From Intoshia linei (taxonomy: Eukaryota > Animalia > Orthonectida), in assembly GCA_001642005.1 (NCBI GenBank), contig LWCA01000013.1, positions 23,582 through 87,581 on the forward strand: a stretch of 64,000 nucleotides of DNA, read 5' to 3'. The notes under the pieces are model-generated. The model had not been told where the DNA came from and ran no database searches. It saw only the letters and a list, made by a program, of their open reading frames with translations. Shown here one piece after another: positions 1-14,018 of the stretch. The position numbers were made by a program, and so were the translations under genes. Position 1 is the first letter of the stretch. Every line of letters begins with the position of its first letter.

Positions 1-135
1 CCACAAAATTATAGGTTTTAGTACATTATACAATTTTTCATTAAATACACAATGTACTTAAATTATTGCAATACATTATAATATTAAAATTTAAATAACA
101 CCAAATTGTATGAAAAATATTTTAATAAGCTATGA

Positions 136-324
136 CAGAGTTTCCCAAATGCCAGTCCGCGAGACAGGTACTGGTCAGTGAAATAATTTTTACTAATTAG
201 AAGTCAATTTATTACATTTTTCATCAAATTTTTTTAAGGTTTGCTAGTAATTTCGCCTTAATAGTCCGCAATAAATTATATAACTTATTACCGGCCCGCC
301 GAGAAAAAAGTGTGAAAACCCCTG
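136..324. mobile_element. hAT-type MITE, family B (CAG..TTCCC termini); related copies near 12155-12400, 17703-17845, 26470-26584 and 28904-29122
   Basis: Copies share internal sequence (ttattaccggtccgc...aaaaaagtgtgggaacccctg). The 28904 copy has a perfect TSD. Confidence 0.7.
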
Positions 325-384
325 TGATATGGTTTATTATGGCAGTTATTAATTCCAAATTTCAAAAGTTTTTATAGACTAAAC

Positions 385-717
385 CAGAAGTTGGGAAAAT
401 GCGGTCTTTGAACAATTTAAATTATTTTTCATTTAAAATTATTTTATTTATTATATTTATTTTTAATAAAATAAGTTTTTTTCCTTAAAGTTTTGCAAAA
501 TTTTGATTTTTCTCATAAGATATTACTAAAGTGAATAAAATATGCTAAAAATTTATCATTATCCCCAATTATCTAAAATGTTCATATTGCCCCTTGCCAG
601 TCACCCCATGAGAAGAACTATTGTATTTGATTACATTTGATTTAGAAAAATGCTGCCTTATTAAATTTTTTGTGGACGTTAATGCTGCCTTCGAACAGTA
701 AATGCTTCCAACCTCTG
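385..717. mobile_element. hAT-type MITE, family D (CAGAGGTGG termini)
   Basis: Homologous in reverse orientation to 46711-47347 and 57069-57457. Confidence 0.7.
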
Positions 718-989
718 CTATATATCATTTACGGACCGGATCAAACCCCATGTCACTGGTTTAGAAATTCTCAACCTATCAACTAAACCCTGAAATTAAA
801 TTTATCAATATTTTTGCAATTACAATTATATTTACTTCATTTTTTAACAAAATTAAATTATTTATAATCTGAAATCTGGATATGGCTGTATGAGCTGTGA
901 TTATTTTTTTAATTCTACGACTCTTTTCATTTAAATCAAGTGGTAATTTAGACTTTTACCATGAAGAAGTTAAGACGTTAAGATTTTTT

Positions 990-1140
990 ATAACCTAAAT
1001 CACCAACCCTAAAGCGAAAAATCTAGTTTTACCAATCCTAAAAAAAAAATCCAGTTTTACCAAACTTTTAGGGAAAATTCTACCTAATCAACCCTAAAAA
1101 GAAAAATCCAGTTTTACCAACTTTTTAGGAAAAATATTAC
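990..1140. repeat. Degenerate ~20/41-bp tandem array (ttttaccaaacctttagggaaaaatccag-like); also at ~45570-45750 and ~46970-47270
   Basis: Repeated ttttacc(a)aacc/ccctaa units are visible at several loci. Confidence 0.7.
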
Positions 1141-1282
1141 AAAGTATTTTGTAAATTTACATTTTAAATTTAATTTAAAATGTTTAAAAGAGGCGTTCCC
1201 AAATATTTTTAGTTTTAGTTCTTATTTTTAACAAGTTTTTTAGTTTTGTTTATTTTAATAATACATTACTCTTGACGTACAC

Positions 1283-1558
1283 CAGGGGTCGGCAACCTTT
1301 CGAATCTCATGGGTACTTTTTTATATAAAAAAATTCTACTGCCCCAGTTTTTGAAAATTTACACGATACATTTCAATTTTAATTTAAGACAAACGGTTTT
1401 AGTATTATATTCGCAAAATAAATTCAGTATTAAAATGATTATAATGAGCCAATGTAGTAGAAAATGCTTAAAACAGTATTTAAAAGTTGAAAAATAAATA
1501 ATTTACATATTTACTCAAAGGGCCTCAAAATTATTATGTGGGCCAGTGGTTGCCAGTG
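1283..1558. mobile_element. hAT-type MITE, family A (CAGGGGTCGGCAACC terminus)
   Basis: Near-identical internal sequence to 26735-27034 and 63337-63495. Confidence 0.75.
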
Positions 1559-1636
1559 ATTTTCACAAATAAAATTAATATATTATTAATTAATCAATAA
1601 ATATGACAATAAAATTATTAAAAAATATTAAAAAAC

Positions 1637-4600
1637 CTTTTTAGATAATTCTTGAAAAAAAAAATAAGCCATTCCAGAGATATCCTTATTATCATCAATA
1701 ATGCACATTGCAACTTCACTAATCTGTCCTTTAATTTTGATCATATCATTCAAAATAAGCCTCGTAATAATCATTAAAGCATGATACCTTACTTCAAAAG
1801 AAGAATCACGAAGTCTATAATAAATATGAGGAGTATAAGGATCAATAAGATTTGGATATTGTAAACACAAATCATCGATAGCAATAATGATATTAATTTT
1901 AATATTAGCATGTTTAGATTTTTCAAGAATAGTAAACAACAAATTTAAATTATCCTGACAATAATTGCAACTCGTGAGCATAAATTTAGTTAAAGCCAAG
2001 GTGGCATTTGATTGTAGAATAATATTAGGTAAAATGGTGGTATTTGAACAAATATACTTTACTAGATCGGAAAAGAAACTGAGCAAATGAGTATCAGATA
2101 ATAATTCATCATCAGTAACACTACGGATAAGTTCATATTCCTCATCGTCTGCGAAAGCTCCACCGAGACCCATTTCATCTCCAAAAGTTTTGTCTGGGTC
2201 AATAGTTTTATCCTTACTACAATTATTTTCTCGAGTACATCTACGTTTCTTAAGTTCAGAAAATATGTCTTCATGTAAATAAGATAATTGGCAAACAGAA
2301 ACATGACCAGCAATGTGGATAGTTCTGGACAAAACGACTAGATTAATGTTTTTTACAATATAGTCAATTTTTTTAGGTGTTTCAGAAATTTCTTTAGGTT
2401 CAAGTTCATTACACTCTTCACTGTTTAAATTCACTTTCTTTTCATTGTGGGTATTTAAATCAACACTTTTACCGCACATTTTATTGACAAGCTTCTGTAA
2501 AATATTTTCCCATCTCAAATCAGGTTTTTCAGAGTATTTATAAACCAAAACTACTGCCGCGCGAGTAAATGAATTGTAATTTTCAATTTCAATGTCATCA
2601 ATTTTGTCGCATGTTATATTTTCAATTAAATTAAAAATTTCGTGATCAAATGGAAATCTGGTAATATTTTTATTAGTTTTGGAAAGATTGCAAATTGTCA
2701 GACACGTTTGAGCAGCTAAATTGACATCATTGGAAGCATTATCGATAGACAAACCTACATGCATCATAATGTCTAAATTATTAGCAAGAATGTCCATGTT
2801 ATGAGAAATCATTCCCAAAATTATCATAGCTTTGACAGAAGAGTTGTACACGTTATCATTGTTTTTAGAATTAACCATAATGTAAATTTTCCATAGTTGT
2901 TTAATGACCTGATCGTCGATATCCTCCGAATCCACCAATTTTTCTACAATCAAAGACAACGCCGTGTACTCGCCCAAATTTGCATTGTCCAGTAAAGAAA
3001 TTAACCGTTTGGCCACAAATTCAGATCTTTGAACATGGTTCATTTGTTCGCTAGGTAAATTTATAGCTCTAAATGTATCCAAAGTAGACATTTTAACGTT
3101 ACCGTCATCAGACATTATCAATGATTGATATTGTCTTAATAATTTTTCAATACCCTGTAAACCAACATCATGGGCAATTACCAAAAACCTCAAAGATTCA
3201 ACAACCAAACTGGCAACCGTGCTAGACAACATTTCGTTGATGATGGGAATAATATTAACAATACATTTTTTAAAAAAAATGGAACCCTCCATAAATTCTA
3301 CAAGGGATTTCTGTTTAGTCATGGCTTCTTCAGAATGTTCCTGTTCTTGATCCACGTTATTTAAATGTGAGTTGATTACATCAGAGTTCTGTTCAGTTTT
3401 ATAGTCAATTTCGCCATTTTTTTCAATATTATCAATGTCTATTACCGCTGCATTCAAAATTTCCTCCAAATTTATCAGTTCATTTTCCAATGTTTCGACT
3501 TCTTCGTCTGAACCGTCAGAGTGATTGATATTCATGTCCTTTAACATTTCTTTGTATTTATTTTTTTCTTCCAAACATTTATTACTCAATTCTTCAAAAT
3601 TTAAACTAATAGAAATACAATTTTTTTTCAATATGTCACCAAAAAGAGACAACACCATTTTCCTTACATTTGTAGATTTATCATACAAACGTCCAATCAA
3701 CAAAGGCAACAACGTCTTTTGTCTCGAATGAGGTAAAGCATCATGTGCAATAACATTTTGCCAAATCGACACTACCTTTGACCTCACAAAAGCGTTTGTG
3801 TCATGAACATGTTCCTCCAACACAAAAAAACACTTTTCCAAAATTTTATTACATCCATCAACACTTTTGCCCTTGTTTACAATTTTTGGAATGTAATCGA
3901 AAACTAAAAAACCTATAGCCGTCAAAACTGCGATTCTTACTGTATAATATTCAACACACCTCAATTGAAACAAAATCGGCAATTGCTTAAACATTACTGC
4001 TGGGTTTCTCATTGTAACTTCAACAATAAAAGTAGGGATACCTTTTGGTTGCATAATTCTCTGTGTCGCCTGGTTTGCTTGGTCTAAGTTAGCTTCTTCG
4101 GTAGAGCTAAAAATGTTTACCAGTTCTTGCATCATTGTATCGATAAAAAGTGTCAATTTAAGTTCCACGTTAAACATTGTCACAACATCCGCTATTGTAC
4201 CACCCACGTCATCTAAATGTTTCAATAGTTGAATCAATTTTAAAGCAGAGGTTAAAATATGATGATTGTACTGTTTGACACAAATTCCTATTATTTGGAA
4301 AAGTAATGAAGGGCTCGATTTGTTTTTCCATTTGTGCATATTTTCAATCAAAATGTAACAAGATTCCGTTATTACGTTAATCAAATCTTCGTCTACTATT
4401 GGAGGGGACCAAAGGCGTTTTATCGGCATTTTTAATATATTTAGTATTGTTTCAAAGCAAGACATTCTTAAACTTTCCATATCTTCAGAAAATTCCGTCA
4501 ATTGTATATTTTTTTCACTGTCCAATTGTCTTCTTTTGTTTTTCTAAATTTATAAATTGCAATGTTTACACACAAATATAAATCTATATATAATAAAATT

Positions 4601-7600
4601 TGCTAAAAATGTCCGTCTAATTATAACCATTTATTTAAAAAAGGGAGAGTCCCAGAAACTTTGAAAAACACAAATTCTTTATCAGTTTTTTCTGATGTAG
4701 GAAATAAGATAAACTTGACTGTCAGAAATTTGTACCTTCAGAGTCAAAAAATCCATTATTTTATTTTTAAAAAAATTAAGAACTAAGATTTTCTGAATTT
4801 TAAAATACTCAAATTATAATACATCTAATAGTTTGCCAAGGTTAATGTAGTCTCATCAATTTATATCTTTAGTCAATGTCCCAAATTACCCATTATTATA
4901 AAAAATTTCAATTTGTCAAATTTTTCAAATTTGATAATTTGGTAAATTTTTTGTGATAACTGAATATAACTGTACCAACCATAAATTTGTTTAAAACTCT
5001 AAGACTATTATCATTTTTAAAAAAAGGGTAATCTATGGTTCTGATCGTGAAAATAAACTTTTTTGAGGTTTTTTCCATTTATGATAATGCTAATGATTTT
5101 AAAACTTATCACACAATGTATATTGTATAAAATAATAAGACGTTTTTTATTTTAAAAAAAAAGGGTAATCTGGGTTTTGATCGTTAAGATATATATTTTA
5201 TCACAATGGTGATAATTTTTTAAAAAAATGATAATTGAGGTTTTTGAACTAAAAGGGTTCAATTTACAAAAATTAAATTGACAATAAAACATCACCATCG
5301 AAAAACTGTATTAAAAATGTAGTTTTAAAACTCTACGCCTATTAATTTCTTACATAAATGGTAACAAACAGACAAAAAAATGGGACATAGGGTTTTAACT
5401 AAATGCTAACTTATATAAAACTCTTTATTTGTGTGTCTGTTATCTTTATTTCAATAACTAAGTCTTAGAATTTTTAAAATTCCACATTTCCATTATAGTT
5501 TTCACCGAGCGTGAAAATAAGATAAATGTATGACTTCAACCCTTTCGTTGCTATCATCATTTTTTTAAATACACTGTTTTATTGGTATTTTTTGTTTACA
5601 AGTTCACCCAATGATTTGATCATAAAATGTACGCGTGTTAAGTGACGATGTAAACCAGGTAAAGAAAAATTTTTATAATTCATCATTTTACCCCAAATAG
5701 AGCATTTTGCTTTTTCGTTTTCTCATTTAAAATAGTCCTATAAATTTTCGTACAACATAACCGTTATCTTAAAAATAAACAATCTGATACCAAATTAATA
5801 AATTAAAACTGAATTCAATCACCGTAAAATTTAATGTTGTTTTTTATTGTAATAACTGAAATTACTTAGTTTTTACACGCTTAAATTTATTAGCAACAAT
5901 TAAAAATGATTATTCTTTGAAGATTTTATTTTTGTATCATATAGCAAGTTACCTATTAGAAAATTTTCAAATATAATTTTAAATTTATGAATATTTAAAT
6001 TTCTCGATAATTCTCGAGATCAAGCACTAGTTACAATTGATAAACAAGTTATAGCCGCTATGGCTTCCAGTCATATAATTCCATTTTCCGTAGTTGAGGA
6101 TCCCATATTCCAGTGGACATATCCATATAATAGGTTCAGAATCACTTATGTTAAATTAACAAACAATTAATGTAATTTTAAAAAACATATCAATAAATAT
6201 TGATATAATTCAAAAAAATGACTCAAATTTAATTCATTTGATTAATGCATATAAAACTATTAGAGACTCTTGGTTAAAAGATTTACCTGGAGTGTTAGAT
6301 ACTGATACAATTAATAAATTAAAAGAAATTTGAAATTACAGATGGAATATAATCACTACAAGTAATTTAGGAAAAATTTTATCTCATTTATCATTTTCTT
6401 CCCAATTTATCGGAATATGCTCACATCCAATAAAAGTACTAAATATTGTTTCAAGAGTTGGCCCCATAAAATATTACCTGAAAGTAAAATTACAATGCTC
6501 GAGGAAGAGTTTAATGAAATTTTGAATTTAAATACATTTGAAATAAAAATTGATATTGATTGTTTTCTTATTCATACTATACTGAAAAATGTTTTAATGA
6601 AATTAACAGTAAGCGAAACGGCTGTAGAAAGATGTTTTTCGCAACACAGAAATATTCACTCAAATGTTAGAAGTAGCCTATTTGAATCAACACTGGATGA
6701 TTCTTTATACATAAGATATAATTGGAAGAATATATTATAAATTATAATGTTAATATTTAATTTATTTTTGTCTGCCAAAGAAAAAAAACTTACGAAGTAA
6801 TGGACACATTTTGAAAAATAGAATTAATTTACAAAATTAATAAAAAATTACTTATACTAATGTTTAAGGGGTAAACTCAATGGGTATTATTCCTAGATTT
6901 TCTTTTGATTAACGACACATTATTTACTAACAAAAAGTTTAAGTACATATAATTAACACTTATTAATAAACCTATAATTTTTTTCAAAATGTTGTGCTGG
7001 AAAAACAGCCTTGCTGTACCGGTACAGCAACCGTTATTGCTGTTACCAGCCAACGTCGCTGGTACCAGCAATTCCACACAGCCCTGATGATAATGCTCAT
7101 GATTTTAAAAACAATACAAGAATTTATGATTTATAAAATTTTAAACATTTTTTCATTTAAAAAAAAGAGTAGTTTAAATTTTTGGTTTTGACCATGAATG
7201 TGTAAGTTTCTGATATTGAGATTTACGAAAATATTAATAATTTTAAAACGCGTCCAGAATATGTTTTTAAAAATTCTAGGTCTGATTTTATTCATTTAAA
7301 AAAAGAGTTATTAGGGTTTTTGACTCTGAAGGAGTCATTTTTCATTTCTGAAAATGAAATTAGTGATAAAACATCTCGAAAATCTGTTTAAAAATTTAAT
7401 TTTTTAATTCTACGACTCTTAGTTTATTAATTAAACAAATATACACACACATTACGTTTTATATAAGTAAATGTATACTAAAATTAATGGTTTATAAATT
7501 TTTAAAAAGTCTACTAAAAATTGTAGGTTTAATAATGGTTCCTTGGAATTTTAAGTTTAAAAACCAGTGACCTAAAACAGCTCTAATAAAAATGGTATAA

Positions 7601-8668
7601 ATTTATCTAATTTTTCAGTTTCTCAAAAGTGACATAAAAGGTACTATTTCATGTACTAATAGAATCTAATAGTGAGATAAATGAATAATATGAATACCCT
7701 CGTAACAAAGCACGCTGTCATATTCATCTTGGTAAGATTAGCTTCATATTCTTCCAATAGCATGCACAACTCAAAACAAGACATGGTTAAAGCATTTAAC
7801 ATGCCACTCTTTTCACTTAAATCAGGTTCCGATATGCAATTTTTTAGTTTTTCCGTCATTAAATTTGCACCATCCAAAAATACTCCTAAAAAGTAAATTT
7901 TTTCTTTACAATCAATATCCTTGATATGCACAAGAATACTAAAATACAAGTCAGAATGGTTGATTATTGCTAGACATGGATCTACGTGTAAGGATCTTTC
8001 AAATTCTAAAAATATTTTATTAAATTATATTTTAGATTACAAAAATGGACAAATAGAAACAAAGTCGGATCTATGAAAAAAACCGAAACAAAAAAAAAAT
8101 ACAATTTTTAATGTTTATCAATTTAATTATATGTCGTTAACACCAAAAGTCGAATCTATCTAGGCGAAGCCACACAAAAGTGAAAAATATGCCTCTAAAC
8201 AAATTTTCCTAAAAGGTGCATAATGTCATATAATATGACATATATGATATACCCTAGTCACATTTCCAAGGGTCTTAACTCGATATTTTAAATTTAGCAC
8301 AGAAAATAGTTAATATTCAAAAACATAATTTTTAAATTCTCAATTTGGAAAAATGATGCTTCCCTTTTACAAAAATTATGTCTAGTTCCCGAAAGAGTTT
8401 AATTTTAGTTTAATAACAATTCCAGTATAACCTATAAACTATTTAAATCAACCAGCCATAATACATTATTATAAATATTACTTTTAAATAAACAAATACA
8501 AAAATTATCTCAAGAAATTTTTTTAAATAAACCTTTAACTTTAACAGAAATTTTCTTTTTTTCAATTAATTTATTTTTATTTTTATTAGATTTGATCATT
8601 TCATCAATAGATATTGGAATGGTGAAAATTTCATGGTTAAATAATGATATAGAATTATGTATAGACAT
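1637..8668 (-). CDS. NCAPD2: Condensin I complex subunit 1 (CAP-D2/Cnd1), HEAT-repeat protein; exons 8668-8533, 8005-7698, 4543-1637; 3' exons lie left of the window
   Basis: The 965-aa ORF carries CAP-D2 motifs (HVHDTNAFVRSKV, RLYDKSTNVRK, LILNDMIKIKGQISEVAMC, FFQELSKK). Two upstream exons (MSIHNS...FTIPISIDEMIK; DPCLAIINHSDLYFSIL...LNALTMSCFEL) join in phase through GT-AG introns. There is a donor GT at 1636. Confidence 0.93.
6040..7086 (+). mobile_element. Degenerate hAT transposon relic in NCAPD2 intron 2
   Basis: A PFSVVEDPIF motif (~6085-6115) and a hAT C-terminal dimerisation motif (SETAVERCFS...RSSL...LYIRYN, 6417-6740) lie in broken frames. The right end reads cagccctg (reverse complement CAGGGCTG, TIR-like). 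The left end was not found. Confidence 0.75.
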
Positions 8669-10155
8669 TTTTTAATATAATAAATGACTCCGGTAAAAAT
8701 ATAATTTAAAGTTAATATGCGCGCAAGTTTCCCAAGCAATAGTTAAGTTTTAAAATAATGTTATTGTAGATTTTTTTTAAATGTTTATAAAAATTTATAT
8801 TTAACCAACCAATTCTGAAAATTCACCATTCTGAAACTTAATTGCTCAATAAATGAAATAGCTTTTTAAATATTGGGTGTACTTTGTTTCTATTATATTT
8901 ATACAGCAAGCTCCTAACTTGTGACTCCCGAGCACGAATTTTCAACATCTCAACACAATCTAAACAAGAACTTGGAAAAGTGTTGCAGATTTCTAGTTTA
9001 TATCAATTTCATATGTATCGTATTAAAGTTGGAATCGCGCCTACTAATACTCCTGTCAGTTGTCAAAACATTATGAATTATTTTTGGTCGAATAGTGACT
9101 GAAAAATAGATTAATGTTTCAACTCTATTTAATAATACACATAGGACTGATAGTCCTAATTGAAGCGTATCAGACTTTCAAATTTCTTATTTACTTACCT
9201 GATGGAAGAAAGGTGTATAATACACCTGATATCTTTGATATAAATGTACAATTTGTTAATTATTGCAACTCTTTATTCAATAACAGTATCGATTATAAAA
9301 AGATTATAAACTAAACCTGAATAATCTAAAAAACCATTTAATTTATAAATATTCAATCGTATATTATCAATTTATTATTTATCTTTTAACTGTCTTATGG
9401 GTGTAAATTTTTTAAATTAAATGTGATATTTGTGAGATGTGTGAGGTATGAGAAAAATAGATTTATTAATCGATTCGTCATCTAAAGCTGTCATAAAATC
9501 CAATAATAAATGATGTATCGTGTATATGTGTAAATTATTAATATAGTACCAGTTTGCTCTAATTTAAATTTATTTTACATGATTAATTATTCATATTTCT
9601 GCAATAATTATGTCAAATATTAAATTTGAATGGACTTGAAAAGTTAATTTTAATAAGAATTCTCGAGAGTACCAAAAATACAATATTTGAACCGTATGCC
9701 GCTTACGCATATGCAGCTCAAACCTACATTTCTAACCTAAATTTAATTTTTAACTGTAATATTGTCCATTTGTGGAATTACATGTCAAAGGTTGAATTTT
9801 CTAAGAGACTTGCAACCGTGACTCGTCGAAAAAATATTTTGTAACTATTGACGGATTGTAAAAAAATGCCAGATAAAAGGAAAACTTTTTTATTTACATA
9901 TTGATATTATTCTTTTACTGAATGCTAGTTACTTGCTTGAATGTTATATTATAGACATAATATTTATAATATAAAAGGGGTAATTTGTAGTTATGTCATA
10001 AAGGTGTTAATTTTTGAATTTAAAATTTATCTTACTTTTTGGTCCGGAAAAAAATTGACTCAAAATTTTTCTTTATGAATTATCTTCGATTGACAGTTTT
10101 CTCAATAAATTGTTCCACAGAGACACATTTTTAGCAATTTTTATTTTATACAGTA

Positions 10156-11769
10156 CTAGCTCGATTGTTATGTATTTCGTACAAACAACAGCCAGCTCTG
10201 CCGAAGCTGACTTTTTATTCTACTTAAAAAATAAATTTAGTAAGAAAATTAAAATTAGTACTAACTTAAAAATGCCAGTATTCACTATTCACTATTATCA
10301 ATCCTTTAAAGGAGGGGTTCCCAAACTTATTTAACCATGAATCCATCATTTTATATTACCTTTTAATTTAAAGTGAATTTTTCTCAATTTAATGTTATTG
10401 TGTAAAGAATTTTAAAAACAATTTTGATATACCATTTTTTCAATTTATTCCAGAGAATGACTGCACAATCTTAAAAATTGTCATAAATAATTTAAATTCC
10501 AAAAATAGATAAAACATAAAATTGAATTAGCGATCATTTTTTTGACTATGATGATATATATTCAGTATCAGCTATCGATAAGTATAAAAAAATTTTGTAT
10601 CAATTTATAATTAATTAAAAATTTTTACAATTATAATTGTAATAATATTTAACGGACAAGCACTTAAAAACATATTTCAGGTAAATTTTACCAAAATTGT
10701 AATAAATTTAAAAATGATAATAACAAAGTTGTACTTAAAACGATTTTAAACTTTTTTAAAATAAGATTCATAATGTATTTCAAATTTTGAAAATAATAAA
10801 ATTGCGTAGCAATGAAAAAAAAACAGAAGGAATCAATTTATGATATTTCCACCCATATATCTTTATTGGAAATGTGTAGACGTTCAATGCACATGTTTTT
10901 TGAAATTTTAAGATGAATATTTACTTTTTCATTTTTAATTTTATTAAAATTTAATCCATTATTTGAAAAATATTGATTGATAATATATTAAAAGTTATTT
11001 TTCACCGGGAATGCGTAGATTTCTGAATTTGAAATTTTCTGCTAACATCAACTATAATAAACTGTATCAGAATAATCTCTTTATTTATTGTAGGACTGTT
11101 AATTGAATTAATTTTCAAATTGTTTATTTTACAAAATGTTAATAAAATAGTTTCAAAATAAAAAAAATTAATAATAAACTGATTTTTTGACCGTGAAGGC
11201 GTCAAGTTGTCAGATTGAAATTTTTTTGGGAGTTAACTAGATATAGCTGCATCAACTGTACATTTTTTTTTAATTTCTAAGATTATTTTTATTTTTTAAA
11301 AAAAAATAAGTCTTGGTTTTGATGGTGAAAATGAAAATTTTTGAGGTTGCCATTTATGATAATGTTCATGATATTAAAAACTATCCAGAATTTATGTTTA
11401 ATAAAATTTTAATACATTTTTCATTTTTTAAACATGGCACAATTTGAAGTTTTAACCGTGAAGGTGTGCGTTTCCGAGGCTGAAATTTACTACAATGTTA
11501 ATGATTTTAAAACGCGTTCCCGAATGTACGCTTTATTAAATTTTTGGGCTGATTTTATTTTTAAACAAAATGGCAAACTGGGTTTTTGACTCTAAAGGAC
11601 TCAAATTCGGAAACTGAAAAATAGATATCAACATTACCTGCGAAAAACTGTATTAAAAATATGGTTTTACAATACAAATAAACAAATACATTCTACAACT
11701 GTTAATTTTTTAAATATACACACGTACTGTAGCACACACACAGACATTCAATTATATATAAGTAATGGA
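10156..11769 (-). mobile_element. Non-autonomous Helitron, ~1.6 kb
   Basis: The minus strand reads A|TC(cattacttatata) ... CTAG|T, with a subterminal short palindrome, a 5' (GT/GTCT)n microsatellite and internal ~125-bp subrepeats shared with other copies. Confidence 0.7.
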
Positions 11770-12644
11770 TTCTTTCACTCTAACAATACATTGCTCAACT
11801 AAATGTTCGCCCATTTAAACCCTATCAAATTATTTTTATCTAAAGTAAAAGTCAAATCCTTCGTATATTTTATTATTCACTTTGTAAACATTTCAAAATT
11901 ATTAGTTGACCATTGAATAGTTGTATTCATGTCAAATTTAGAAATATTTTTAAATTTTAATTGTTCGTATTTGACTTTTGTCACGTTTTACATAATTATT
12001 TAAAATTTCACAATTTAGCTATTAAATATCAAAGAAAACGTTACAAATTAAATATTGAATACAGTGCTGTTTAGTTAATTTGTAAGTGCTAAAAGTGAAT
12101 ATGGAATACCGTACTAATCAGTATTTTATTATATCATCTAACATGGGATTACAATATTCCCACACTTTTTTTATTGCGGACCGGTATTAATGATAAAATC
12201 TCGAGCAATTAATGCGAAATTATTAGTCAACAAAATTTAATAAAAACGTAATAAATTGACTTGTAAATTACAAGTCAACAGTTAACAAGTTGTCAACTGA
12301 TGTAATTACAAGTTGTAATTAGTAAAAATAGTTTCAAATTTTTTTCACGCACCAATACTGGTTTGCGTAAAGGATTTTTCAAAATTTAGGAAACGCTTAG
12401 ATTGTAAGCCTTAGATGCTAACATTTTATATCTATTTTTCTAAGTTATGAATAATGTATGTATCACTTTTTTTCGCGTTCCAATAGTTTTTGAACGGTAA
12501 AAAGTAATTGAGTTTGAAAAATTTGAAAAATTTGAAAGTTTGTAAAGGAAAGGGTAGTTACAGTTAAAAATGTGTACTATGCAGTGCATATATGATATAT
12601 ACATGTATTGTATATTATAGTGTATCAATTAATGGTACCGTATT

Positions 12645-13283
12645 TAGGGCGGATACAAGTGAGTGCAGAAGGTTCAGTTACACTGCTAAATTTTTAAAAC
12701 AAAAATTTTTTCTTATTAATTATTTCAAAACGAGTCATTTTAAATATTTGAAAGAAGTCGCGGAAAAATATTAATTATTTATACCATGCATATCATTAGA
12801 TGAAGATATCAAAGCAGAATATACTAGATGGAAGAAAAAAAAATGATTCAAAGACCACTATCATACAATTAATCGAAAGCTGCAATTCTAATTTGTTCCC
12901 AAATATTCATCAACTTTTAATCATTTTTGCAAAAGTGCCAATCATCACATGTGAATGTCAACGCTCCATTAACATTTTCAAAAGATTGAAAACCTTTTTA
13001 AGATAAACAATGACTGGTAATCGTCTATCTGCACTGGCTTTCATGAATTGCCAATATGACTATAATTTTGATATTGAAAGTTTGGTTAAGTAATTTGCAA
13101 TACTTTATCCAAGAAGACTGGATCTTATTTTTGCAAAAAAATACGAATTTTTACATTTTAAAATCAAACTAGACGTATTGCTATTAAAAAAGACGCCCTA
13201 AAATGTTTTTCGCTTTCGACGAAGTTAAATATATTGCTCGCTTCGCTCGCATCCCATTAACTAGCCTCTTGGATTCACCCCTG
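12645..13283 (+). mobile_element. Internally deleted hAT element with pseudogenised dimerisation domain (THAP12/ZMYM1-like type)
   Basis: The frame reads FPNIHQLLIIFAKVPIITCECQRS...LKTFLR*TMTGNRLSALAFMN...YPRRL with in-frame stops. Imperfect TIRs are tagggcggatacaag and cttggattcacccctg. Confidence 0.8.
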
Positions 13284-14018
13284 GTATTCTTATTATAGTT
13301 TTTCCAACCAATAAAGGAATAAGAAAAAATGATACTTTCTGAATCGGGTATAATTCTTAAAAATTGATGAAAACTACTAAACACATATGCACCATAGAGG
13401 ATGGAATGCTCCTCTATTTAATAAATATGATATTATAATGAAAAATGATCATTGCTCAATGATATCATATCAAACAAATTACAAAGTGTTATTTATTTAA
13501 AAATGATTCAATTTCTCAAACAAATAAGTTATTCAAAGTCATGTCAATTCCCTCTAGACAAGCAAATATCAAAGTACAAATGTATTCGATAGAATAAGTA
13601 TATAAACGGGACAAAATTCTTGTACACGATAGTACCGAGTCGGTACTACCGACTCAATATAATTATTGACTTGAGTAATTTCTATTATCAGGAACTATTT
13701 TTGTTTAAAAATTTTTGAAACTTTGAACTATATCATACATGAAAACCTATGGCCCTTGGCCCATTTCAACAGATATAAATATTACAAGTAAAATGTATAT
13801 TTTTGGAAATTTCATAAATGATAAATATTTTAAACATTTATTCATTGAACATTATTTGTATGTCGTACAGTCAAGGCCGTGGGTAGTCAACACTAGGCCA
13901 GGTGAGATGAAAATTGTAGGCCCTATAAAAAATTTAAAAATTGTACCTCTATAACTTGGTATTGTAATTTTTGGTGTAATACATTGGTTATTTTAATCGA
14001 TCGTTCATTATCTAAAAA

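Noticed and set aside
9191-9300. U1 snRNA (ttacttacctg resembles the U1 5' end)
   Set aside because: There is no loop I GATCACGAAG or loop II ATTGCAC and no U1 fold. It is simply the complement of a splice donor.
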